NCBI RefSeq assembly: GCF_001194135.2
Contig: NC_069002.1
Location: 35,778,723 to 35,823,673 of the forward strand
DNA: 44,951 nt
Source: Octopus bimaculoides
Taxonomy: Eukaryota
Reading direction: 5' to 3'
The position numbers were made by a program, and so were the translations under genes. Positions 27,585 to 36,699 of the stretch are shown one piece after another. The notes beneath the pieces were generated by a model. That model made no database searches and had not been told where the DNA came from. It saw only the letters and a program-made list of their open reading frames with translations. Positions within the stretch are counted from its first letter, which is position 1. Each line of letters starts with the position of its first letter.

Positions 27585-28608
27585 TATATANNNNNNNNNN
27601 NNNNNNNNNNNNNNNNNNNNNNNNNNNNNNNNNNNNNNNNNNNNNNNNNNNNNNNNNNNNNNNNNNNNNNNNNNNNNNNNNNNNNNNNNNNNNNNNNNNN
27701 NNNNNNNNNNNNNNNNNNNNNNNNNNNNNNNNNNNNNNNNNNNNNNNNNNNNNNNNNNNNNNNNNNNNNNNNNNNNNNNNNNNNNNNNNNNNNNNNNNNN
27801 NNNNNNNNNNNNNNNNNNNNNNNNNNNNNNNNNNNNNNNNNNNNNNNNNNNNNNNNNNNNNNNNNNNNNNNNNNNNNNNNNNNNNNNNNNNNNNNNNNNN
27901 NNNNNNNNNNNNNNNNNNNNNNNNNNNNNNNNNNNNNNNNNNNNNNNNNNNNNNNNNNNNNNNNNNNNNNNNNNNNNNNNNNNNNNNNNNNNNNNNNNNN
28001 NNNNNNNNNNNNNNNNNNNNNNNNNNNNNNNNNNNNNNNNNNNNNNNNNNNNNNNNNNNNNNNNNNNNNNNNNNNNNNNNNNNNNNNNNNNNNNNNNNNN
28101 NNNNNNNNNNNNNNNNNNNNNNNNNNNNNNNNNNNNNNNNNNNNNNNNNNNNNNNNNNNNNNNNNNNNNNNNNNNNNNNNNNNNNNNNNNNNNNNNNNNN
28201 NNNNNNNNNNNNNNNNNNNNNNNNNNNNNNNNNNNNNNNNNNNNNNNNNNNNNNNNNNNNNNNNNNNNNNNNNNNNNNNNNNNNNNNNNNNNNNNNNNNN
28301 NNNNNNNNNNNNNNNNNNNNNNNNNNNNNNNNNNNNNNNNNNNNNNNNNNNNNNNNNNNNNNNNNNNNNNNNNNNNNNNNNNNNNNNNNNNNNNNNNNNN
28401 NNNNNNNNNNNNNNNNNNNNNNNNNNNNNNNNNNNNNNNNNNNNNNNNNNNNNNNNNNNNNNNNNNNNNNNNNNNNNNNNNNNNNNNNNNNNNNNNNNNN
28501 NNNNNNNNNNNNNNNNNNNNNNNNNNNNNNNNNNNNNNNNNNNATATATATAGCAAATGAAAGACAGAAGATCTCCAAGTGTGTAACCATAGAGAGAATC
28601 AACACAAG

Positions 28609-28682
<74 letters not shown>

Positions 28683-28912
28683 TAGATAGATAGATCCAGC
28701 ATATGACTGAAATAACTGGCGACCACTGAGTGAAATAAATCATAGGAAGAGAAAATATATTGCCAAAACAGTGACACTGAAAGCGCAAATATAAACCAAA
28801 TGGAAGCACAATTAAGACAATAACTCACCAGCGGGTCACCAAGTATGTAACCATAGAGAGGATCAATGCAAAACAAACCCTGTTTGAAGTCGGCAACTAT
28901 CTTACATTCCAT
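702..28912 (-). CDS. IDO: Multi-exon indoleamine 2,3-dioxygenase / IDO-like myoglobin family gene (12 exons seen, 2 inferred in gaps)
   Basis: Join (minus): 28912-28829, 26366-26271, [gap], 23735-23617, 22334-22320, 21519-21420, 19624-19507, [gap], 15798-15729, 14935-14860, 14240-14142, 13113-13017, 4235-4156, 784-702. All adjacent visible exons join in frame. IDO hallmarks: [35 protein letters not shown] (proximal heme His), GTGGT, PFLK. Confidence 0.95.
1066..1235 (+). mobile_element. SINE family A copy (5' partial)
   Basis: Core gtcgactttgcctttcat..cggggt.gat..attaag.accag..actggggtcgatgtaat recurs more than 10 times in the window. Confidence 0.75.
1267..1660 (+). mobile_element. tRNA-derived SINE with internal minisatellite expansion
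   Basis: A/B-box-like head (gatcgtggtttcaattc), then ccttgagcaaagcacttcat; head similar to the copy at 37321. Confidence 0.65.
1395..1579 (+). repeat. Minisatellite of 5 units (41, 41, 31, 41, 31 bp)
   Basis: Unit GATCACTTCGACCCCTGAC(G/A)C + (GTGGCACACA)x1-2. Confidence 0.95.
2590..2885. repeat. (TA)n and (CATA)n microsatellites
   Basis: Direct reading. Confidence 0.9.
4156..4235 (-). CDS. IDO: IDO exon 13: [26 protein letters not shown](S)
   Basis: tttctatttcag| acceptor, T|gtaagt donor; 80 nt, phase 2-1; GTGGT motif. Confidence 0.95.
5000..5262. repeat. (CATA)n then (GATA)n microsatellites
   Basis: Direct reading. Confidence 0.9.
6714..6862 (+). mobile_element. SINE family B 5' half
   Basis: tgtggtaa..aaccacatggtt..ttcagt.ccact..ggcaagt.tctt..gtagacggaaactgaaagaagcc; same as 16745 and 41885. 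Confidence 0.8.
6895..7036 (-). mobile_element. SINE family B 5' half, inverted relative to 6714-6862
   Basis: Reverse complement of the same consensus. Confidence 0.8.
8180..9075. repeat. Trinucleotide repeat complex: (AGT)n, (CAT/CGT)n, (CAC)n
   Basis: Direct reading; source of spurious poly-M/S/D/V ORFs. Confidence 0.9.
9330..10340. repeat. (CATA)n-derived complex repeat spanning a gap
   Basis: Direct reading; a block of about 135 nt at ~9608-9742 recurs at ~10150-10284. Confidence 0.85.
12215..12800. repeat. (GGTA)n, (TA)n and (TATG)n microsatellites around a gap
   Basis: Direct reading. Confidence 0.9.
13017..13113 (-). CDS. IDO: IDO exon 12: [31 protein letters not shown](K); carries the proximal heme His
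   Basis: tttccag| acceptor, AA|gtaagt donor; 97 nt, phase 1-2; RSYH equals human R343/H346. Confidence 0.96.
13760..14020 (-). mobile_element. Degenerate SINE family A pieces
   Basis: catttgaactc..aacg..., ccccagt...actggtact motifs, highly diverged. Confidence 0.45.
14142..14240 (-). CDS. IDO: IDO exon 11: (D)[32 protein letters not shown](V)
   Basis: ttttatttctgtacag| acceptor, G|gtaaga donor; 99 nt, phase 1-1. Confidence 0.96.
14860..14935 (-). CDS. IDO: IDO exon 10: [25 protein letters not shown](D)
   Basis: ttctttcttttgtctcgtctaaaag| acceptor; GGSAAQSS motif; donor is AAG|GCAAGG (GC type); 76 nt, phase 0-1. Confidence 0.92.
15729..15798 (-). CDS. IDO: IDO exon 9: (G)[23 protein letters not shown]
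   Basis: aatag| acceptor, AAG|gtaact donor; 70 nt, phase 2-0; matches WKGNPQLSDGLVYEG motif. Confidence 0.93.
16745..17130 (+). mobile_element. SINE family B, near full length, with internal (GT)n
   Basis: Head aggcgcag..., internal (GT)n, tail caaggcggtgccccagcatggcc..gactaaaacaagt. Confidence 0.8.
17500..19000 (+). mobile_element. Tx1/L1-like LINE ORF2 reverse-transcriptase relic, interrupted by a SINE at 18421-18804
   Basis: Degenerate RT motifs: RPIT-like, KVLADRL, NNLHL, LD..AFD..D.QYL, VSAYAD(M), then INQEKS..LQL; many stops and frameshifts. Confidence 0.8.
18421..18804 (-). mobile_element. tRNA-derived SINE family C, full length, with ~13-bp TSD
   Basis: Head GGAGGCGCAATGGCCCAGTGGTTAGGG...GGTTTCGATTCCC (A/B boxes); flanks ACATGCCT(G/C)TAAT at 18408-18420 and 18805-18817. 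Confidence 0.9.
19507..19624 (-). CDS. IDO: IDO exon 7: [39 protein letters not shown]
   Basis: ttttctttag| acceptor, G|gtatgt donor; 118 nt, phase 0-1. Confidence 0.92.
20390..21060 (-). mobile_element. Three head-to-tail SINE family A copies
   Basis: gcacaaggc...gtcgatt.catcgacc...gtcgacc..ggcggaatttgaactcagaacg repeated three times at about 230-bp spacing. Confidence 0.85.
21065..21320 (-). mobile_element. Probable LINE ORF1 (gag-like) fragment with decayed CCHC knuckle
   Basis: ...[39 protein letters not shown]; resembles a CYKCGQKGHIRxxCP knuckle. Confidence 0.5.
21420..21519 (-). CDS. IDO: IDO exon 6: [33 protein letters not shown]
   Basis: ttttaaccag| acceptor, CAG|gttaagt donor; 100 nt, phase 2-0. 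Confidence 0.93.
21587..21972 (-). mobile_element. tRNA-derived SINE family C, second copy
   Basis: Near-identical to 18421-18804; sits within a (GACA)/(GATA) microsatellite. Confidence 0.9.
22320..22334 (-). CDS. IDO: IDO exon 5, 15-nt micro-exon: (K)PLEL(D)
   Basis: cttcag|GCCCCTGGAGTTAGA|gtgagt; phase 2-2 fits both neighbours; equivalent to human IDO1 PLTYE exon. Confidence 0.9.
22484..22710 (-). mobile_element. SINE family A copy
   Basis: Consensus match on minus strand. Confidence 0.85.
22770..23135 (+). mobile_element. Two tandem SINE family A copies
   Basis: ctgagttcaaatttcgccgagg.cgactttgccttt.atc.tt..gggtcgataaattaagtac at 22770 and ~22988. Confidence 0.85.
23617..23735 (-). CDS. 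IDO: IDO exon 4: [40 protein letters not shown]
   Basis: ttctttcttttccag| acceptor, AA|gtaagt donor; 119 nt, phase 0-2. Confidence 0.95.
24395..24530 (+). mobile_element. SINE family A 3' part
   Basis: Core motif plus tail ttgtg.ctagagtagaaaagaat. Confidence 0.75.
25810..26038 (+). mobile_element. SINE family A, full length
   Basis: aggcgtcgagctggcagaaccgttagc...atgtttagccccttgtggg. Confidence 0.85.
26271..26366 (-). CDS. IDO: IDO exon 2: [32 protein letters not shown]
   Basis: tttttgcag| acceptor, |gtacgt donor; 96 nt, phase 0-0; matches [32 protein letters not shown]. Confidence 0.93.
26881..27090. repeat. Foldback (MITE-like) inverted repeat; arms about 90 bp, spacer about 27 nt
   Basis: Reverse complement of 27000-27090 matches 26881-26972 with scattered mismatches. 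Confidence 0.8.
28565..28606 (-). pseudogene. Decayed partial duplicate of the exon 1 3' half ([14 protein letters not shown]), donor site lost
   Basis: 34/42 nt identical by hand to 28829-28870; followed by TCTTTC instead of GTGAGT. Confidence 0.75.
28829..28912 (-). CDS. IDO: IDO exon 1: [28 protein letters not shown]
   Basis: ATG with an in-frame TAA just upstream; ends CTG|GTGAGT, phase 0; resembles human IDO1 YHIDEEVGFALPNPQ. Confidence 0.85.
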
Positions 28913-30012
28913 CGTCCAATACTTGTCTTATGGTAGCACTCTCGTTTTACGTATTTAAGCAAATGGAGATACTTATGAGGTTTTGATTGAGTGTAGATTG
29001 AAATAGAAATGTACTGTAGCTTGAGTTGAGTGTGAAGGCGTTATACAAATATATCGGGTGTCGAAAAACGTGAATCTTGTATTGTGTATAGTGTAGTGTT
29101 GTGTAATAATGTAGACTATGTAGCGAATGTTGCATGTATAGAGTGTTTCCTGAGGGTGGCTTTGATATTTATACACTCAGCGAGCGGTATGTATACATGT
29201 GTACGTCTGAATGCATATATGTATTTGTGTTTATGTGTGCATGTGTATGTGTGTGTGTATGCTTGTGTTTCTGAGGTGTGTTTGCGTATGTTTTTATACA
29301 CGTCATTGTCATTAAATTAACCATCCAAAGTAATAAACTCTAGAAATTTGTTGTTTAATTAAGCAATATATGTGTGTGTGTGTGTGTGNNNNNNNNNNNN
29401 NNNNNNNNNNNNNNNNNNNNNNNNNNNNNNNNNNNNNNNNNNNNNNNNNNNNNNNNNNNNNNNNNNNNNNNNNNNNNNNNNNNNNNNNNNNNNNNNNNNN
29501 NNNNNNNNNNNNNNNNNNNNNNNNNNNNNNNNNNNNNNNNNNNNNNNNNNNNNNNNNNNNNNNNNNNNNNNNNNNNNNNNNNNNNNNNNNNNNNNNNNNN
29601 NNNNNNNNNNNNNNNNNNNNNNNNNNNNNNNNNNNNATATATAAAGATTAAAAGAACATAGAGATATATGATTGACACATATATTTAATTTATTAACATT
29701 ATAATATAATTATATTACAATATAAGAATGCAAAAACAAATATTTGTCCTACAATTTGTTTCGATTCATACCCATAAAAATGAATTTATAAAAAATTCAT
29801 ATTTATGGGTATGTATCTCAACAGGCAAAAATTCCATGCAAAGATTGCTAAATCATAGAATAGACTGAATTAAATATACTTGTGTTCGTAAGCGTGAGCG
29901 TTAAAATTTTAAACTATAATAAAAATAAAGATTTAAGAATTCAAATAAATAAAATAACTAAATAAGAACTAGTACAACGGTCATTAAATATTCTCATGCA
30001 CTTTTAAGAATA

Positions 30013-30077
30013 TTAATCTAAAAATATTTTAATCTAAAAATATTTTAATCTAAAAATATTTTAATCTAAAAATATTT
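30013..30077. repeat. 16-bp tandem repeat x4 (TTAATCTAAAAATATT)
   Basis: AATC at 30015, 30031, 30047 and 30063. Confidence 0.9.
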
Positions 30078-30444
30078 CTACCTATTATATATTATATAAA
30101 AAATCTAAATAATATGCTAAGAAGTTATGGCGGAGTAGAAAATATTTTCTTCAATTCTTCATACTATTATGAAAAAATATATTTTTTATTCAGACAAAAT
30201 ATTCAGAAGCATTCGTTAATCTCAAAGAAAAAAAACAACTCGCTGTTAATCTTGGCTAAATAGCAAAAAATTTAATTAAAATACTTATCTTCAGTAGGTC
30301 ACTACTAAATAATATATTCATTATTTATAATCACCATACTAAAATTGCAATCAAAATAAAAATCACGAAGTTTTTATTAAGAAAATAAATTTCGTAAAAA
30401 ATGAAAACATAAATATACATCAATATAATAATAACATAATCATA

Positions 30445-30563
30445 TTCTTTTCTACGCAAGGCACAAGGCCTGAAATTGGCGGGGAGGAAGGGGCCAGTCG
30501 ATTAGATCGAACCAGTACGCAACTGGTACTTAATTTATCGAACCCGAAAGGATGACAGGGAAA
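30445..30563 (-). mobile_element. SINE family A 3' part, abutting mariner TIR
   Basis: Consensus match. Confidence 0.75.
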
Positions 30564-31453
30564 GTCATCACGTAAATAATGCGTGTTTTGAATTGCGTGA
30601 ACTAAAAGTCGGAGGCGGAAAGGGATCAACTACCTTCACCAACTTACTGGAAAGCAGGTTGTCATTTTATCTTGTACTTATACTTAGTGCAAGTTTTGAA
30701 GAGTGTAGTTCGATTTTAACAGTTAGTTTTTCAAAGTTGTAATGGAAGTGACAAAAAGGCAGCAACGCAACGGAACGTGCACGGAATATTAATGCAGTAT
30801 ATGGGGATCGGACAATAAGCGTAAATCAGTCTCAACGGTGGTTCCAGAAATTCCGAGCCGGAAACTACAGCCTAGAAGATGAGCCTCGTTCTGGAAGATC
30901 TGTAGAGCTCGACGAGGACGTCTTGCAAACCCTGGTGGGGCAATATTCCATCGTAACTGCTGTGGAACTAGCAGAAAAGCTTGGATTTGGTCATTCAACC
31001 AGTCATCAACACCAGTGCTAGAAGAAAGATGAGCATCTTTGGTTTCAAAACGAAAGATGTTCTTCCATCAGGATAATGCTCGGCCACATACAACGAGGAT
31101 GATTGATATTCTAAAGGCTAGAGAAGTTTGAATGGGAAGCGATGCCCCACCCATCATCTTCGCCGGACATTGCCCCATCTGATTACCATTTATTCAGCAG
31201 TCTTTAAAATCATCTGGATGGAAAAAATATGAATTCTGTAGACGATTTCAGAACAGTACTGGAGGAGTATATTTTTCATTACGAACAAGTTAATTTTGGA
31301 AGAGGGACCTTGTAAGCCTACCAGATAGGTGGAAGAACATTGTAGAAAATGAAGGAGAGTATATTTTAGATTAAAAAAAGGATTTTGTTTATCTTAATTT
31401 TGAAAAATAAATGAAGTATAAAAAAACCATATTATTTATGAGATGACCCAATA
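30564..31453 (+). mobile_element. Internally deleted mariner element with TIRs
   Basis: TIR remnants gtcatcacgtaaataatg / attatttatgagatgacccaata; transposase pieces WFQKFRAGNYSLEDEPRSGR, QDNARPH, HPSSSPDIAPSDYHLF. Confidence 0.9.
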
Positions 31454-32267
31454 TAATGTAATACTAAATTAATTTATTAATCTACTGAAATATTATAAAT
31501 ATTTAGTAAGAGTTAACTATAAGGCCATTCCACAGTATTTTGTTCACAAGAAAATCAAAAATGAAGTTTGTTTATTTGGAAAAAAAATTCTTATTACAGT
31601 GATGTACTTGCATAGCAAGTGATCTGATCTGAGATCGTGTGCTGAAACAAAAACAATTGCAGCATGGAAGGTGTTTATAAGCCATTTAAAATAACACACA
31701 AAAACCGTTTGATTCACTTCAACATTTAAATTTAATTTGTCCAAATATTTTCGTCGCTTCGAGACCGCGACCTGTTCACTGACAAAATTCCGTGCTGCAT
31801 AATAGTCATAATAGTTTGTGAAAACGGGAAAAATAATTCTTGGTCTATTGTTGCTTATGCATAATTTATCCTAATTTTTCATAATTTCTAATTTTGGCCG
31901 TTGCGGAGGGGAATTTTTTTTAACAACGTTACTTGTCCAATAAATGATTTTCCCCTCCACAACATTTTAAGGCCTTTAAGTCTTGTTAGTTCTCGCACAA
32001 ATGGCCAATTTAGAACTTGCATTTCAGTACCTCTGTTTTTAGGCCAGAGCTACTCAATAATGTTTTCAAAATGGTTACATTTTTTTTTTTTGTTCTGTCC
32101 AAGGTACATAAGTATTTTTCTGTTGCGGGGGGGGGGGNNNNNNNNNNNNNNNNNNNNNNNNNNNNNNNNNNNNNNNNNNNNNNNNNNNNNNNNNNNNNNN
32201 NNNNNNNNNNNNNNNNNNNNNNNNNNNGGGGGGGGGAGTTTGTAGCAGAAAAAAGTCTGAAGTTCTA

Positions 32268-32447
32268 ATGCAAACAGTCTGCAGTCTTGAGCAGATATGT
32301 TGCGTAGATAGAAAATGTCCAAAATGTAGAGTTAGTGAGCCAGTAGGTGAAGTGTTTGCTGATGCTAATGAGGATTCCATGGTGTCTTATTATCGGTGGG
32401 TGACGGGCGAAGATAAGCGAGTAAGAAAGCTGTTGCAAGAATGCTGA
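32268..32447 (+). mobile_element. Cys-rich transposase-like fragment (family not assigned)
   Basis: MQTVCSLEQICCVDRKCPKCRVSEPVGEVFADANEDSMVSYYRWVTGEDKRVRKLLQEC*; motif resemblance only. Confidence 0.3.
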
Positions 32448-33269
32448 GGCATTCTACAGCTTCAGGAAGATCGTCATATAAAAAAGTCACACAGTGGCAC
32501 AGGTCAAAATATTCTATTGGTTTCATTTTTTTATGATGATTTAGTCATGCGGTGAGATGAGGGGAAAATAAATTCAAATAAATAAAATTAATCCTTCTTA
32601 ATACCAATTCTAGAAGTTCCCGTTTTTCTTCCAAAATTCACATAGCGTTGGTAGATGGTTTCCTCTTGACTGCAACTGGGGTAGTAGTAGTAGTAGTAGC
32701 AGCAGCAGCGTAATGTTTGCTAAACTTAATTCTGCTAGAAAAAGGGAATAAGTTTTTTTTTTAATGTGTTTTGTCTTCTTCTTCTCTTGACAAGGTCACT
32801 CGAGTTAAGAACCAATATTATATCGAGTGCCGACTGCTGGTGTCTTGACAGCCATAAAAGAGGTAATATTAAAACTATAAAGTGATATTTTATTGTTTCT
32901 CAATGAGAAGAAATAAATCTTTTATTGTCTTTTTTTAAAAGTTTATATTTTCTAGTGTTTTTTTACGAAGTGTTTAACAGCGTCAATAAGTAGATTTACT
33001 TTCAGATTAAGAGGGAAGTTCTAACCAGATCGAATCAAGTGATGTGATTTCAATTCGCGGTTGAATAATTGCATTTTCTAAGCGTTGGGTAAGAGGGAAA
33101 TATTTCCCCCTAAAATATAGGCGCAAGAGTGACTGTATGGTAACGAGCTTGCTTCCCAACTACATAGTTCCGGGTTCAGTTTCAGTGAGTGACACCTCGA
33201 GCAATGTGTCGATTCACATGGTCTGACGTTATTCAAGATTGGTAAGAAGAGCACAAAAGTGAAATAAAC

Positions 33270-33552
33270 CAATTGGATTGGCGCCCCACAATCACCGAAT
33301 CTCAATATAATCGAACAGTTATTTAGAGTAGCAGATAAGGAGCCACTCTTCTCCACCATCGTTTCTGAAAGAGCTGAAGAAGGTTTTATTTGAAGAATAG
33401 TTCAAAATTCTGCTGTCAATCGTCCAGAATCTGTACGAGTTAATTTCTCGAGGTATTAAAGCTGTGATTGATGCCAAAGGTTGACCATCTCCGCATTAAA
33501 TAGTAAAACTTCCATCTAACAAGGAATTTCCATTGTTTGGTCCAACTCGGGT
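33270..33552 (+). mobile_element. Tc1-like transposase C-terminal relic with right end
   Basis: Degenerate LDW.PQSPNLNIIEQL ... KAVIDAKG; end resembles a Tc1 TIR (tttccattgtttggtccaac). Confidence 0.75.
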
Positions 33553-33679
33553 GCACGCGCGCGCGACCAACTTTTATATAGTTTTTTTTTTTGTCTATGA
33601 ATTTCACCCACCACGCATTCGTCGGTTCGGGGTAATAGTAGTAAAACCTTACGCAAGATGCCTGCACCAGTCAAGAGAG

Positions 33680-33901
33680 ATTTCTGTATATTACAGTTGT
33701 TGTAAGAAACTCTCCAATAATAGAATTATTATTAAAACTTCGACATGTCGAGCTAGAAGGATTAACTATCACCGTCCTAGACCATCCATGTATTAATGAA
33801 TGTATTTCATATGAAGCCACAGCGAGCTGAAACAAATCTAGCAGTGTTAGCCCATGTATTGGCCTAACGGAAAATACATTTAAGAGCAGACTATACCAAC
33901 A
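33680..33901 (+). mobile_element. Penelope-like element GIY-YIG endonuclease fragment
   Basis: SVYYSC...LDHPCINECISYEATAS*NKSSSVSPCIGLTENTFKSRLYQH, the typical PLE IY.A.V...YIG.T...FK.R...H pattern. Confidence 0.7.
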
Positions 33902-35240
33902 TGGGGTGCTGGACGGAAGGGCCGTTAAATTGGTCGGGATCTGGTTTGGCACAGATCTTCAGGTGGAGAAGAATTGGGACCATGTGACGATCAGGGTCGC
34001 CAATTTCACCTAGAAATGGGCCGAGAGAAAGCTATCCCAGAAAGGACTGGCAGAGGTGGCGAATACTTTTATCGATACTGTTATTTATTGTTGCTTGACT
34101 GTCGTACCTTGCTCTAGTTTATGTCTAACCAAACTGGAACGTGCACTCTTCCGCTTTCTGTGGAAGGGACGCGTTCCACTAATCAGGTGCTCCATTCGCT
34201 GTCAACACCCGCTGAATAGAAAGCTGAGCGTGCCGTGGCTGCCGATGCGCAGACAAGCACTGAGGCTTCGATATCTTCAGCGCTTCCTTGATGGTGAGCA
34301 TCAAGTTAGAATTTTCCACAGCTAATCTCCTTGACTAAGTTGCAGTACTGGATCAAGCGTAGACCGAGGAAGGGCGCCTGGCACCTAAAGTGTCGTCAAG
34401 CGCTCACAGTCCTTTGTTAGTCGGGCAATGCGGTCGGCGGAAGTTCTACCCTGAGGTTCTACTGAGGGTAGTGGCGAGCAAGTGCGACGACGTCCTCGAG
34501 GAGATTCTGAACGTCGACAAGAATCAACTGACTGGTCTACTCCGGAAGACTTTTGGGTCGGAACATATGGATAATTTCCAGTGATCTTTGGAATGGCAGT
34601 CTAACGAGCGGCATTGCCGGTTTGTAATAAATTCTACAGGCATGGAAAGGCTATCAGCCTGGCTTGTCCGAGGTGCACGCAGGGCGACGAAACTACTCTA
34701 CATGCTATCATCCAGTGCCCGAGCATTGCTGACTTGTGGGCTTATGTCGAACACCTGGTGTCACGCGCAGGACGTATCCGATTATCGGCTGAGTCCATTG
34801 TGAAGATCTTTCCGCCGCTTTCCTTTGGCTGGGAAGGGCAGGTAGTGTTTCTTTGTCTGCTACCCTTAGCGAAAGAGGTTGCGTGGAGGACCAGATTGAA
34901 GGGGTTGAAGACAGATACTTTGCTCTTTGGCCGAGCCCCCAACAACTTTTTCAAGTTTCTCATGAAATGCAAAGTGAAGGTAGAGAGGGAAGTGCTGCCT
35001 CCTAGATATTTTGCTAAAAGGTGGGTGAATGTTGCAAGAATTATCCGAGTGAACGGGGCTACTATAGGCATTCGCCTGTAGACTGAAGGAGAGTGATGTG
35101 GAGAGAGCGCCTTCCCTAGAGGTCAAGGTGACCGTAGTTTTGCGGTATCACCCTAGGAAGTTTTCTTTTGGGGAATTATTCATTGTTACAATTTTATATT
35201 GTTACTGTGTTTATATTGTTACAATTTTATATTGTTACAT
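33902..35240 (+). mobile_element. 5'-truncated Tx1/L1-like LINE 3' end
   Basis: W.EGP.KLVGIWFG, KLERALFRFLWKGR, C-terminal CPRC...ET..H....CP finger, stop at 35081, 16-bp tandem tail. Confidence 0.85.
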
Positions 35241-36304
35241 GATTTAATGGATTGTTCTCCTCGTCCTTCCTTTAGAGATTTACTAATTAGACTATGCAAT
35301 AAATTATTACTTTTCCTCATTACTCGAATTGAAAGTAATGATTCTTACTAATGAAGTAATGGTTCTTATTAATTTAATGATACTCGATTGAGATCTGAGA
35401 GCTAAATGTCGCTTACGACATCGATATATCATGTAACATAACTTTGTTTCTTTTATCTGTGAAGCTTATATGGCATTACTTACAAAAAATGACGGAACGA
35501 GTACAGTGAAAAGGACACGTGGACTGGACCATCCGTAATGGAGTGTCCAACGTTTCGAACAGAGTGCTTCTTCAGGGTAGAGCTGATAGATATCATTTTT
35601 ATCTTGAAGAAGGACCTTGTCCGAAGCGTTGAACATTCAGGATATCATCTTCACCCTGAAGAATGACTCTGTACAAAACATCGGATACTTCACTCCCTAC
35701 AGCAATTTCACTTTACTTGTCATATTTTCAAAAGTTACAAGTCTTGCCAACTCAGACCAACACCCATAACCCCTGGATTGCAATTTATTTGTTTTATCAT
35801 GCTTGCTACATTTCAAAGTTACCTCTTAAAATAATGATAACAACGCCGTTGAAAAGATATTGAACATGCATCTACTTCCGCCGTTATTAATTATTCATTG
35901 TAAATATTCACTGGCGTGACCTACCACATAAGTACTGCGATTATGGCTCTTAAGTGGACGAAGTTATTTTTGGAATTTACAGTTTTATAGCAAGTACTTA
36001 TAGTATAGTAAAACTTTACTGCATTATCCTAATTTTTCACTTATAAACCAACAATAAATAACCATTGTATTTGATCTGAAATTGCCTGGGTCAGCCTGCA
36101 ATATATCCTTTCAAATACTATCAGTTACGAGTCCTAGGTATTTTTCAGTTCCATGGTTTTTGAGCAAACTTTAGTGGCCTCTACAAAAGATCTCCAAGAG
36201 TTTCGAAGGTTTTACGTTGCAAATTACTCCACGATCTAATGATTGTAAAATTGAATTTGATATGTTATGGAGAAAGATATATCACTCCGTGATCTACAAA
36301 AGTT

Positions 36305-36530
36305 TTATATTGATTTCAAATTCTGGTACAAAGCCGGTATTTTCGGGAAGGGGATAAGTCGATTAGATCGACCCCAGAACTCAACAGGCACTTATTTTAT
36401 CGACCCTGAAAGGATGAAAAACAAAGTCAACCTCGGCGGAATTTGAAGTCAGAACGTGAAGACTGACGAAATGCCGCAAAGCGAAGCATTTCGCCCAGCG
36501 TTCTAACGACTCTACCAGCTCGCCACCCTA
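36305..36530 (-). mobile_element. SINE family A copy
   Basis: Consensus match. Confidence 0.8.
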
Positions 36531-36699
36531 CAAGATATATATTTGAGCTAAATTTGACAGTTTGCGTAAAAGGAAAAGAAAACACAAGACCCCATCCAAA
36601 AATAAAGGTATTTTTCCAAAATCAAAAATATTACCTAGATTATAGTAAGGAGAGATTGGTTTACTTATAGTAGCTGCCTTCAGCTTCAGCCACGGCCTC

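Noticed and set aside
29000-29060. TATA-like promoter for IDO
   Set aside because: TATAA-like words are ubiquitous in this AT-rich DNA; transcription start and any 5' UTR exon are unknown.
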